This document shows, one piece after another, positions 53,274 through 64,000 of a stretch of DNA of 64,000 nt; positions within the stretch are counted from its first letter, which is position 1, and each line of letters opens with the position of its first letter. The DNA lies in assembly GCA_004022145.1 (NCBI GenBank), contig RCNU01000005.1; one strand, given 5' to 3'. This DNA is from Paecilomyces variotii (taxonomy: Eukaryota). Position numbers and translations under genes: made by a program. The notes beneath the pieces were generated by a model. The model was not told the DNA's origin and searched no databases. It saw only the letters and a program-made list of their open reading frames with translations.

Positions 53274-55516
53274 TCATTCTTCCTCATCTTCGTCGTCGCT
53301 GCCAAAGATCGCTTTGAAGACAGCTTCGCCAGGTCGTTCGGCTTCCAGAGCGTCGTTGCGCTCGGGCTCGACGATAACCGGCTGGCGCGGCGGTGCTTGC
53401 GTGGACAGCTCTGCCTCAGACACGAGGCGGTTGCCACCGCCAGCTTCTAGCATGAGCTGGTTCATCACGTCTTTGGAAACCAGTTCTTTGGTGCCTGTAG
53501 GCGCTTGGTATCCTGCTGACTGGAAGCGACCACCAGCGGAGACGTCTCGTTCTCCGGGGAACTCGCCCGGATCGACCTGTACATGGGCTGGCGGCTTCAC
53601 GTTGAACCTCTTGCAGAGCAGACGAGATGGATAGAACGATAGCGTGCTTCGCGTCATCGGCCCAAACATGCCAATCTTCGCGGCTGCTTCCGCAGGGTCC
53701 TCCGGCTTGGCTGCTGGCCTGCTGAGTAACGAATCTGCATCGGATGCCCCAGTCGAATCCGATGTGCCTCTGGGGTCGGAGCGGGCCGACGTGAATCTTG
53801 ATGCCATCAACCCTGACACGGGCTTGAATACTTCTGCTGCCCGCGAGAACTCTCGAAGCTCGGTAGCCCAGTCATCAATCGTTACACCGGGAGTCCGGTC
53901 CGGAAGACTGTCGCGCAGACCGGCGCGCAGCTCGAGAAACGCTCGATAGCGCGCCCTCTTTGCTTCATCTTCAGAGTAGGGCATCCAACCGCCGACGGCC
54001 CGGTTGAGAGCCTGCGCGGCGACCTCCTTGTCCAACTTCGGAACCAGATCCCAGAGGTCCTTCCGCCTCTGTGCCTCAGAAGGCTCAAATCCCTTGGGTG
54101 CCTTCTCTCCAAGGGCAGGTGGTAGATCGGTTTTCCCTGTCAATTTTACAATCCGCTCTCGAGCCTCAGGCGTCATCCAGTCGAAGATGGACTTGCCAGG
54201 TAGCTGAGCTTCGCCCAGTATTGCGGCTCTCGAAGTGGGGTCCAATGTAGATGCTTTGGCGGCTTCTGCGGTCGAAACGTAGTCGGTTGTAGCTGTTTTT
54301 GCAAAGGGTGCTTTGGAGGATTTCCAATCTTTAGGAATCTCAGGGGGGGCGTATTTCTTCTCATGTGAGAGAGACAGACTGGACATTGCCTGAGCCAGGA
54401 GGAATCCCTCAAGAGGGAGACGGCCGTCGTGGCATTTTCGAAAACCGGACGCTTTCTTCGCAGTGGTCGCTTTTTTGGAGATGAAGACGGGCTTCGTGCT
54501 GACAAGGGGATTCGCGGACGTTATGGCAGGCTTGCTGTCAGCCTTCAAACCTTTCTTCTTTTTCTTATCCCCCCCAATAGTCCTGTTATAGGAGATCTGC
54601 GGGCCCATCGAGTAAGGATCATCTTCATCAGAACCCGTATCATTCAAGACTCCCACGCCAAATCCGCCCCGCCTGGGCTCTTTCTTCTTCTCCTTTGACC
54701 TTCCGTTGAGGGCTAGACGTCGAGCATGAAATGGATCGTCTTCGTCCGATTCATCCGCAGCATCGTGGGACTTCAACAACCCTGAGTCTAAGCGAGGCCC
54801 TCCCTCGAAACCTAGGCCTTTATGGTCCGTCTTTGTGACGAAAGCAACCATGGGCGGGTTGTCCGGCGCAAAGTAATGGAATTCCTGCTCCGTCTCTGGG
54901 CCGCCGTCCTCGTCTCCCAGGTTGGCTTTCCGGCGTACTCTTGGTCCGATCCCCTGGCCCTCTCTCCAGCCCATCTTCTTCAGCAACTTGACGCCCATCG
55001 TTTCTCCCGTCGTCTTGAGGATGTCCATGAGACCGCCCCGGCGGGTGGGGTCCAGTTCCGTCGATCCAAAACCTGCGAAGCCCTCCGCGGTCTGCAGCTG
55101 TCTCGATTCCTCCAGTTCCCGGAGATCCTCCTCATCCATAAAATCCTCGGGCCGCTGCTGGATGTGCTGCTTGGAGTCCTTGGCGCGGTTCTGCCGCGAG
55201 GAGACGAAGGTGGCAGGCGTCCATCCCTCCTTGGAGCCTACCGTGTTGAAATACCTAGACGGTCCACATTTAGTCTGCTGTCCCGAGCCCTCTGTGAATC
55301 GTGAGCTCACCCGGCGCTGAAACCACCGGTGAAGGCGCCATGGAGACGTTTCCTTCCCCGGTCATCCGTCACTTCCTGCTTCCATACGGGCACGTAGGAT
55401 CCATCGTCGCGCACGTCGGGGTCGAGCGGCGGCAGTGGGGTGCCGTAGAATGCGTAGGGAGATTGCTTTGCCTGGAGATCTGCCTCAAAGGCCGCTCGAG
55501 ATCTCTTGGTTGCCAT
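53274..55516 (-). CDS. G-patch domain protein GPATCH1-like (DUF1604 N-terminus), spliceosome-associated
   Basis: [45 protein letters not shown]-patch [40 protein letters not shown]. One intron. Confidence 0.92.
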
Positions 55517-56702
55517 GATGGCACATGACCGAAGGCGTCGCGGGTTCGATATGCGGAATTTCGGTTCCCTAAGTCTGTATTTGGAAAACCACTCTCGATC
55601 GACGGTCACAGTGACCTTTTTGTTTCTGCTGCTCAGAACCAGCAGTTGACAGCAGGTGTATCTTCCGGGCACGGTAGGTGGTCTGGTTTCGTTGACGCGA
55701 TTGGAACGCTCGAATGCACGGGAGAAGGCCCGCTCCGTCACGTCAGGCGGAGGCAATCCCCAGATCTCTGGAGCTGTCGGTAATCAGGAGGGATCTGGGG
55801 CAGCGATCGAGAAGAGCAGTCAGTTCGGGGCTAAGGTGGTCAACTGGCACTGTCAGGGGAGTTGGCCGGTTGAGATGCTGACGTCGGAGCGGACCAAGAG
55901 AGTCCAAGAGAGTCCAAGAGGAGAGAAATGCACCGCCACGGGGCCGGCTCATGTGGCAACGCACCTGGATGTTTCGTTTCTGTCTTTGGTTTCTTTCTTG
56001 AGTATCTAGTTAGTTAATTAATTAGTTAATTAGTTATTAGTGATTAGTTCCCATTGCTCAGAGTAGTAGTAGAGTCGAGTCAAGTATTATTATTATTTTA
56101 TTTCCCCAGGGCAGCTGATCCATTGTCCAGCCCAATCTGGGACGGTTGAGAACAGATAAAAGGCTGGCATACTCTACTCTTCTACTGTCTAACTAATAAT
56201 CAATTATCTGATTGATCGATGCTCCTGTTCTTTTCTTTTTTCTTTGTGTTTTGGCTTCTTTGCTGAATCCTGTTTTGTTTCTCCGCTAGAGTTACTCTCT
56301 CGCTTCCTGGACCCTGGTTGACGATTGCTTTTCTTCCCCAGCCTCAGCAACGCTCCCAAGGAATCCAATTAATTAAATCTCCATTCGTAATTATTTATTC
56401 CCTCCCCTTAGCGCCTCCAGGAACCCGCCCCAGACCCCGTTGTCCCTCGCTGGATCGACAAGCTGCGAGGAGTTCCGCAGTTCTGCGGTGGGTAATAATT
56501 TATAATTACGGCAAACGGGCCTGTTTGCGGCCTCCGTTCAGTTAACTGATTAGTTACTAGTATACTGTGAGCACTGCCACCAGCCATCTCCATCTCCATC
56601 TCCATCTTCATCTCCATCTCCAGCCATCTTCTCCCTCCGGCCAACCTTCGGGCCATTCTCTCATTGCAGGCCATCTGTTCACCAGAGGGAGTCTCCTGCT
56701 AG

Positions 56703-56706
<4 letters not shown>

Positions 56707-56736
<30 letters not shown>
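56707..56736 (+). repeat. (CTG)10 microsatellite in the Kin1 upstream/5'UTR region; imperfect (CCATCT)n at about 56584-56620
   Basis: Direct reading of the sequence. Confidence 0.9.
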
Positions 56737-56997
56737 ACAGGCCCTCATTCACAGCATCTCCCAGCATCGCCAGCAGTTCGCAGCCGCCGTCTGCTAACTA
56801 ATAATAACTTAACTCCCTCGGCCAGCAAGCCTCTCTCCCTCCTTCTTCCCCGCCGTCGCGCCCGACCGGTCGTTGTCCATCGTCCCTCCTGGCTCTCTCT
56901 CGAGCCCCGATCGATCCCCCAAGCGCCATAGCTCAACCAACGGCGTGATCCAAAGCTCAACGTCTCCGCTGGGACAACAACGCCGTGCTTGATCGTG

Positions 56998-59900
56998 ATG
57001 TCCACGGCTGCATCCTCTCCGTCGCCGGCGGTCGTTCGCAGCCACTCCACGTCTTCCCGCTCCCACTCGCATCATCACCATCCTCCACCCTCCTCGGATC
57101 TTCCCCACCGCACTCGAAGCGTGGCTACCAGGCCGCCGCCATCCTACACCACTTCACATCACCATCGCTCGAACTCGCGGTCGGGTTCCTATGACCGTCG
57201 CTCCGCCGCGGACCCTGCGGCTCTCGACAACGTAGCTCGTCGGGATTTCGAGACCTCCAACGTTGCTCGTCCTCCGTCGTCCCGCCGTGATCCTTCCAGG
57301 GACCGCTCCCAAGAGCGGCCTCCGAGTGTCTACCGGAACGGATCTCATCACAGAAACTCCTCTCGACAGAGCTATCCGCGCAAAAGTGTCGACATGGCTG
57401 CGGCTGGCCCCGTAGCAACTGAGGCTGCGATGCCATCCGCTCCTCCAGTCCCCGCCAATGCCACCCAGCCGAGGCGTCGAACGACCATTACGACCCCCAC
57501 GGGCCACTGGGCTCTGGGAAAGACTATCGGGGCTGGAAGCATGGGGAAGGTCAAAATCGCAAAGAACATGGAGACCGGAGAGCAGGTGAGTTGTGGAACT
57601 CTTTTTCTTTTCTTTTCTTTTTCTTCTTTTTTCTCTCTCTCTCTCTCGACCAGGGTGATGATGCTCTTTCCTATTGATCCCGGGGACTAACGATGCGACG
57701 CGCAAACGATAGGTGGCCATTAAGATTGTTCCCAGACAGGCGGCAGAAGAACATCGCAGCGGCCGTGATACAGAAAGGTCGGATCGGTCCAAGGAAATTC
57801 GCACCGCGAGAGAAGCGGCCATTGTGAGCCTGGTCAACCATCCATACATCTGCGGAATGCGCGACGTGGTGCGAACGACGTATCACTGGTACATGTTGTT
57901 CGAATATGTCAACGGGGGCCAGATGTTGGACTATATCATCTCCCATGGAAAGCTAAAGGAGAAGCAAGCGCGCAAATTCGCCCGTCAGATTGCGAGCGCC
58001 CTGGACTACTGTCACCGGAACAGTATCGTGCACCGTGATCTTAAGATCGAGAACATCCTGATCAGCAAGACTGGCGACATCAAGATCATCGACTTCGGTC
58101 TCAGCAACCTGTTTTCCCCAAAAGGCCATCTGAAGACGTTTTGCGGTAGTCTGTACTTCGCAGCCCCGGAGCTGCTCCAGGCCAGGCAATATACTGGACC
58201 GGAGGTGGATGTCTGGAGTTTCGGTATTGTTCTGTATGTCTTGGTCTGCGGCAAGGTCCCATTCGACGACCAGAGTATGCCGCAGCTACACGCGAAGATC
58301 AAGAAGGGTGTGGTGGAATACCCGCAGGGGCTCACAACGGGTTCGTCATCCATTTTTTTCTTTTACTCCTAGTCTAGATGGACTATCGCTAATGCAGTGT
58401 AGAGTGCCGCCATATCATTTCACGCATGCTGGTTACTGATCCCAAGCAACGAGCGAGTTTGGCCGAGATCATGAACCATCCCTGGATGACCAAGGGCTAC
58501 AGTGGCCCTCCAGAGAACTATCTGCCCTACCGCGAGCCGCTCTCGCTGCCCCTAGATCCCGAGGTCATCGAGAAGATGACAGGCTTCGAATTCGGTTCGC
58601 CAGAGTACATCACCGCCCAGCTAACCAAGGTCATCGAATCCGAGGAGTACCAACATGCCGTCAAGACCAATCTCCGAGAACAGGCGACTGCGAACCCTAC
58701 AAATGAGAAGAAGAGAGGCATGTTCGATTTTTACAAGCGTCGGAACTCCGCCAGCAGGGATACTCTCTCTACGCCTTCCGTTGAAGCTGTACAGCTGGGA
58801 AACGATCCCCTCAACGCTTATAGCCCATTGATATCGGTCTATTATCTGGCCAAAGAGAAGCTGGAAAAGGAACGGGCAGAATCCAACCCTGGCGCTTCTA
58901 GCCTTACCCACGGTGCTAGTGAACCAATTATGAGAATGCCTGACCTAGCGGCGCCAGAAGCCGCACACACAAACCAATATGAGATCCCTGGTGAAAAGGA
59001 CACGGGCAGGCGGGCTCGCCCTCGTGCTAGGACCCACGGAGATAGCGAACTCGAAGAAAGTGTCAACAAGATGCGCATCGACAACGCTGTGCCGCCATCT
59101 CCTGCCATTGTGACGCCCCAGCCAGAGACCCCCGTCAGGAAAGAGAGCACGGCAGCGGGTATCTTGAGGCGCCTAAGCACAAGGCGTGTCAAGGGCAGTC
59201 GCGATCTTGACAAAGAGAAGATTAGTGCTCCGCATGGAGCGACCCTGAATGTTCAGGCTCCCGCGGATCTGGCCTCTCCGCCTAACAGAGGTTTCAGTGT
59301 CAGAAGAACCAGGCGAGCGGAACCGTCCCCGACTACCATACATAACGCCGGTAGTCAACCGCAGCATCAAGATCTCCTTAGGACGGCAGCATCTGGGGAT
59401 CCAGCTTCGCGCTCCAGCAAGTTCCTCGAAAGATCCGCCAGTGTTAACTCAGCAGATTACCGACCCCGTCGGGGTACGCGCAGAGCGCCTCCGGACCCTA
59501 TCAACACATCTGCGAACGAACCTCCTCTTACCAGTGGCTCTGATCATTCTAGTGTAAACGGTCAGAAAGCTAAGCCCAGCGACCAGCGGCCCCCCCAGGA
59601 GCCGAGAACCCGCACGCACACTGGCAGAACGAAGTCACTCGGTCATGCCAGACGCGAAAGTATACAGGCCAGGCGAGCTAGGCGTGAAGAGGCTCGGGAA
59701 GCTAACGTCCCTGAGGAGACCGATGCCGAGCTTTCTGGGGCAGGTAATGCCCTAGAGAGCGCGAATGACGGCGAAGACCTGTCTAAGCCCGTGTTTCTGA
59801 AGGGTCTGTTTAGCGTGTCTACGACTAGCAGCAAGCCACTATCCTTCATCCGTGCGGATATCATCCGAGTGCTCAAGCAGCTTGGAGTGGAGTATGTCGA

Positions 59901-60363
59901 GATCAAAGGAGGGTTCAGTTGCCGTCATGCCCCCAGCATTGACCTGGAGCGTGTTGTGGACACTGGACCTCCAAGCCCGGATCGACAAGGCCAGGTCTCC
60001 AGCAACCGCCGTCGCATCAGTTTCGGTGGACTGCGCAGCTACGAAGAAGAGCCACGGCGATCCATCAGGACTCCACGCAGATCGCATGGAGCACCGGATG
60101 AAAGCTTTGTGAGTAACTCTGATGGGTCTGATGACGACGTCGCGCCTCGAGACCACAACGTCGTTGTGGGTGAGCGCGTTGTCGGCGAGACTACAACACG
60201 AGTGACGAGCGATACTGGAGAGAACTTGATTCTTCGATTCGAGATCCTTATCGTTAAGGTTCCCCTGTTCTCGCTGCATGGCATCCAGTTCAAGAAGGTA
60301 TCAGGTGGCATGTGGCAGTACAGAGAAATGGCCAAGAGAATCTTGGATGGACTCAGACTCTAA
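56998..60363 (+). CDS. KIN1: Kin1/Par-1/MARK-family Ser/Thr kinase with C-terminal KA1 domain
   Basis: [53 protein letters not shown]1 [21 protein letters not shown]. Introns 57586-57712 and 58341-58402. Confidence 0.96.
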
Positions 60364-61976
60364 GCTACTTCGTCTGCGGATACTGTGTGGTTACGCAAAG
60401 AAGCGCTCTTATGAGACCTGATTCTCCACCCGCCTTTCCCTCTTGATCTCGATCAGATTCGATCCACGCAGCTCTCTAATCCTGCAAAATTTTCTTTTTT
60501 ATGGTCTCTTGTCGTGTACATTAAACCGACCGAGCAAGCGTTGCGGATATTGGTCATGTCTACATTCCCGTCAGTATTGACTAGTCCTGGGTGTTTACGA
60601 TCTGCATTTCCTTTTTTACGATAGCCTTTTGTCTCTTCTCATTTTCGAAGCCCCTGCGGTCGCTTCCTTGCGGACCAAGCATACATACACACATACATAC
60701 ACTGTCTTAATTCTTTCGAAGTGCAACCCGCTTCTGAAAATATTCATCCAACCCCTTACTCTATTCCAGCCGAAATCGTTGTGTTGCTCCATGACCTTTT
60801 TTTTCGGTTACTTCGGTTGTTTCTATCCTCACTTGAGCGAGTAGTTAGCAATTCTTGCTCGTCTTTTCAAAAGGCAGTTCGTATGCATACTAGCTTAGAT
60901 GCTTCATGTCTCATGGCTATTTTTATTGACCTTCTAGACACATATCGAAGAATTCACGTTCGCAATAGTATTCCATTGGCAGATTACCTGGTATTTGCTT
61001 TATGTGCCGATACACCCCCTTGAACTGGCAATTATTCAGCTTAATCTTTGTCCTAGATAGGGGAATCGAAAGCTATCTAAGTATCCGGGGCTTAGCTTAG
61101 CCTAGTCAGCTTCCTCTAATCAATAAGCGTATCTAGCTCGTGAGTTTAAACCTAAATTGAAGCCGTTCTTTCTTGTTTACATATAAGTGCATTTTAACAA
61201 CGTCCATTCGATCCTTCCTAGTTTATAGTATTTCGCCCTAATTTGTGATCCTTTGTAAATAATAATAACTTGACATAGTTAGCTTGTGTCACTGGCCTCT
61301 ATTAGTTGGTCTCTAGTGCTTATTGTTAGGTATACTATTATTATTGTCAATTGTTAATCTATTGGATTCTTTGGTGTCCTTCTATAACTAATTCGTATAA
61401 AGGTTGGTGTTAATAATCGGTCCTCAGAGCCAGTATGTATGTCTCCTGTGATACTTGAAGCCGCAGAAACATACCCTTGCAGAGAGTTTTTCATCCGGAA
61501 CTCAATTTGCGATCCTCAACCTCACTCTTCCCAAGACCTTAAACGGGCAAAGTTACGACGTAAATAGTAAAAGAGAGTGCCAGGGTGGAAGATACCTAGG
61601 TACCTGCCTTGAGTGCTGAAACAAATAAGGTTCCGTCCAAAGATTGTCGCCGAAAAACAAAAAAAAAAACGAATCCTATGGTAGATTCTTTTGCCCCCCT
61701 ATGTACGTAACCCGCCTGCTCAAGCAGTTAGGCACTCTGTTGATTCCGCTAGTTTCCATATTGCTTCAAGAGTATTACCCAGAGGATAGTTTGGGACAAA
61801 TGCCAGTGTGTTATTTAACTCCGTATAGTATAAGTTTATCAAATAGCGTGATAGCACGACTATTCGATAGTAATATATTATTGAGCGCTAGCGCAACATT
61901 ATAGATATGCAATATGCAATAGTGCAAGTAACCGTGAAGCGTGTAGGGCTCTATTCAGCCTGAGATAGGGTACTGT

Positions 61977-62382
61977 TTATTCTGCGGCTGACCCAGGTGG
62001 AATAATACAGCAAAGAGTCTTTTTGCCGAGCCAGCAGCAGTGACCATCTCCACACTCATCCTGCTTCACTTTCTTGTATCCGTGACCGCACTTGGACATG
62101 CAGAACGGCCAGTGACCTTCCCAGTAACAGTCATCTAGCCCAGGTGGGTTGGCCGGAGGTTGAGCTTGCTTGTCGGGCCAGGGTTGCTCGCTCGCATCGT
62201 CTGCTCGTACTGAGGGGGAGAGAGAGAACAGGAAGTGTTAGTGTTGATAATCCAGGAGATGGATGCTAGTAGAAAGCTAAAATGTGGAGAATCTACTTAC
62301 TGGTAAAGTTGTTTGTTGGATAAGCAGCAATAATAGGCATACTGGCCAAACCCGCAGTGAGCATTAAACTTATAAGATGCAT
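61977..62382 (-). CDS. 104-aa small secreted cysteine-rich protein (8 Cys)
   Basis: Exon 1 62382-62301, intron GTAAGT...CTAAC...CAG, exon 2 62209-61977. Gives MHLISLMLTAGLASMPIIAA-YPTNNFTIRADDASEQPWPDKQAQPPANPPGLDDCYWEGHWPFCMSKCGHGYKKVKQDECGDGHCCWLGKKTLCCIIPPGSAAE*. Absent from the ORF track. Confidence 0.85.
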
Positions 62383-62929
62383 GATTGTATCTCTCCTGGG
62401 ACGATAAGGCGGGGAAAGTAAAACCGTACGCGGAAATTGTATGAAAAGAGGACTTGAAGCTTTTGTAGGTGTATCGAAATGAGCTCGTGTATCGTTATTA
62501 AAGGAGAAAGAACCGATATACCATTCAGGAAGGCTCTAATGCGCCTAAATACCCGTGCTTGCGAGCAGTGCCTACCGATATACTTTTTTTACTAGTCCAG
62601 TCTAGGAACATAGGAAACTAACTATCTGCGTATCTAGATATTTCAGCGGGTGTTAGTTACCTGTAAGGACTCCGGTTTCTATAGAGACTAGGTGCTTAAT
62701 GGAATAGAAACTGGTACCACTCTTTTTTGTCTCTTATGGCTCCTTTTATGATGGAACCGAAAAAGGGAAAACAGCGAGGAGTGTACTAACAATAGGACAA
62801 TCGGCTGGTAACCTCCTCGCGAAGGCTTCCACGAGACCGATTACTGCACACTAGGCAGCAAACAGTCCAGTTATATCACATGCCCTGGATTCCAGGTACC
62901 ACTGCACCAAAAGACCGCAATAACTACGC

Positions 62930-63384
62930 CTAAGACGTAGTTGAGCCTAGCAACCCACAGAGGCTACGGAGCTTATAGACTCTTGCACTTAGGTATAGAA
63001 ATTATTACCTTAGTTACGAACTAGGGTTTATATAAGAACCTAAAGTTACATTATATTTCAGCAGCGGTCTCGATATCTTGCGCCTAGCGCCCCTAGATAG
63101 TAAGTGATAATTATAACGCTAATTATTCGTATACCTTTAGCTATTTTAATCTTTACCGGAAAGCCCAAAAACTGGTCTTTAGATAGATAATTACTACCCT
63201 TTACTGCTTAGCGAGGAGAACGCTCTAAACCGCCTATTGAATAAATTATTCTAAGCTATATATCGATATTATTATAGCGGATAAATTAACCCTTATTCCT
63301 GAGGTCTTAAGAGTTAAAAGCTCTAATTTATACTGTGACTGCAGGTAATATATCACGTGACCTATAGGCAAGGTATTCTCAACA
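62930..63384. mobile_element. TpA-rich, RIP-like degenerate sequence; possible repeat relic or solo LTR
   Basis: Visibly TA-rich and CA/TG-poor with no ORFs. Ends in ...CTCAACA (63378-63384), with an imperfect inverted match AGTTGAG at 62939-62945. No target-site duplication seen. Confidence 0.3.
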
Positions 63385-64000
63385 ATTTTTTATTATTTAA
63401 ATTAGGTTAAAAAATTATAAATAATTTTTAATTTTAATAATATCTTTTCTTATTAAAAATAATAATTAATTATTATAATAAAAAAAAGGAAAATAGAATA
63501 ATTCACTTATAAAATCACGTGCTAAACATTATTCACTAAAAGAGAAACAGAAACCTTTATCACTAAAGCACTAAAATAGCTTCACTTTAAACACTTAACT
63601 GCTGGCAACTTGCTAACTGTACTTGATTTAACCCTTGAACTTGTCAAATACCTTTATCTTAAGCTTCTCATGGGGTTTAGCTATTCTAAAGACCTTTAGG
63701 AGATTAAGCTGGGCGCTAAGACGCGCAAAAATGTTTATCGACCTGACTTTGGACTCGGATGAGGAGCTTCAGGTAAGTTTACAGCTTGCTTTCTCTATTT
63801 CTTGGAATTAAAACGTGTGGAAATTTTACATTTATTAAATTTATAACGTTTTTTTATATTGTTATAAATACCTTAAGATTATCTTTTTTTTTTTTAAAAA
63901 GGGGTAATATTATATGTATTGAGAATGTTTTTGTTTGTTTTCAGTGTTTTCTATTAATGTTATGATCTTGCTAAAGGCCGAGATTTCTGGTTATACGAAG
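63385..64000. other. Very AT-rich block with homopolymer tracts, running off the window end
   Basis: Abrupt composition change at 63385. Contains a possible first exon ATG(63731)-MFIDLTLDSDEELQ followed by GTAAGT at 63773. Confidence 0.5.

Noticed and set aside
10618-55516. Several RNA-processing genes in one window (Cus2, mago, Rrp1, GPATCH1)
   Set aside because: They are widely spaced and interleaved with unrelated genes. No evidence of a functional cluster.
1-64000. CRISPR arrays, rRNA genes, intact transposases or a Starship captain recombinase
   Set aside because: None seen. The sequence is eukaryotic, with no regularly spaced repeats and no transposase, reverse transcriptase or recombinase ORF.

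Overview
Gene-dense, intron-containing genomic DNA from a filamentous ascomycete of the Eurotiales. The beta-tubulin sequence looks like Paecilomyces/Byssochlamys to me, but this is unverified. I can support about 20 protein-coding genes, one pseudogene and one intron-containing tRNA-Ile(UAU). Most genes are housekeeping: PMC1 Ca2+-ATPase (3' part), purine-cytosine permease, beta-tubulin, Cus2/Tat-SF1, Amt/Mep ammonium transporter, Ssk2 MAPKKK, Gid4/Vid24, mago nashi, beta-COP, sphingoid base kinase, Rrp1, UBTD/DC-UbP, GPATCH1 and Kin1. Five things stand out. (1) An accessory-looking block at about 12.6-21.1 kb holds a decayed persulfide-dioxygenase-type metallo-beta-lactamase, an ABCG half-transporter, a 56-aa Cys/His microprotein missed by the ORF track and a divergent Zn2Cys6 regulator, with a shared promoter heptamer; it is a candidate uncharacterised sulfur/thiol or xenobiotic detoxification cluster. 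(2) A RodA-type hydrophobin is fused behind a roughly 150-aa extra domain and Ser/Thr stalk, with a promoter rich in AbaA/BrlA sites. (3) An unannotated 104-aa secreted 8-Cys protein lies next to RIP-like DNA. (4) An MpaB-like oxygenase sits outside any cluster. (5) Composition switches abruptly to very AT-rich DNA at 63,385. Exon boundaries were read by eye and no database searches were run.
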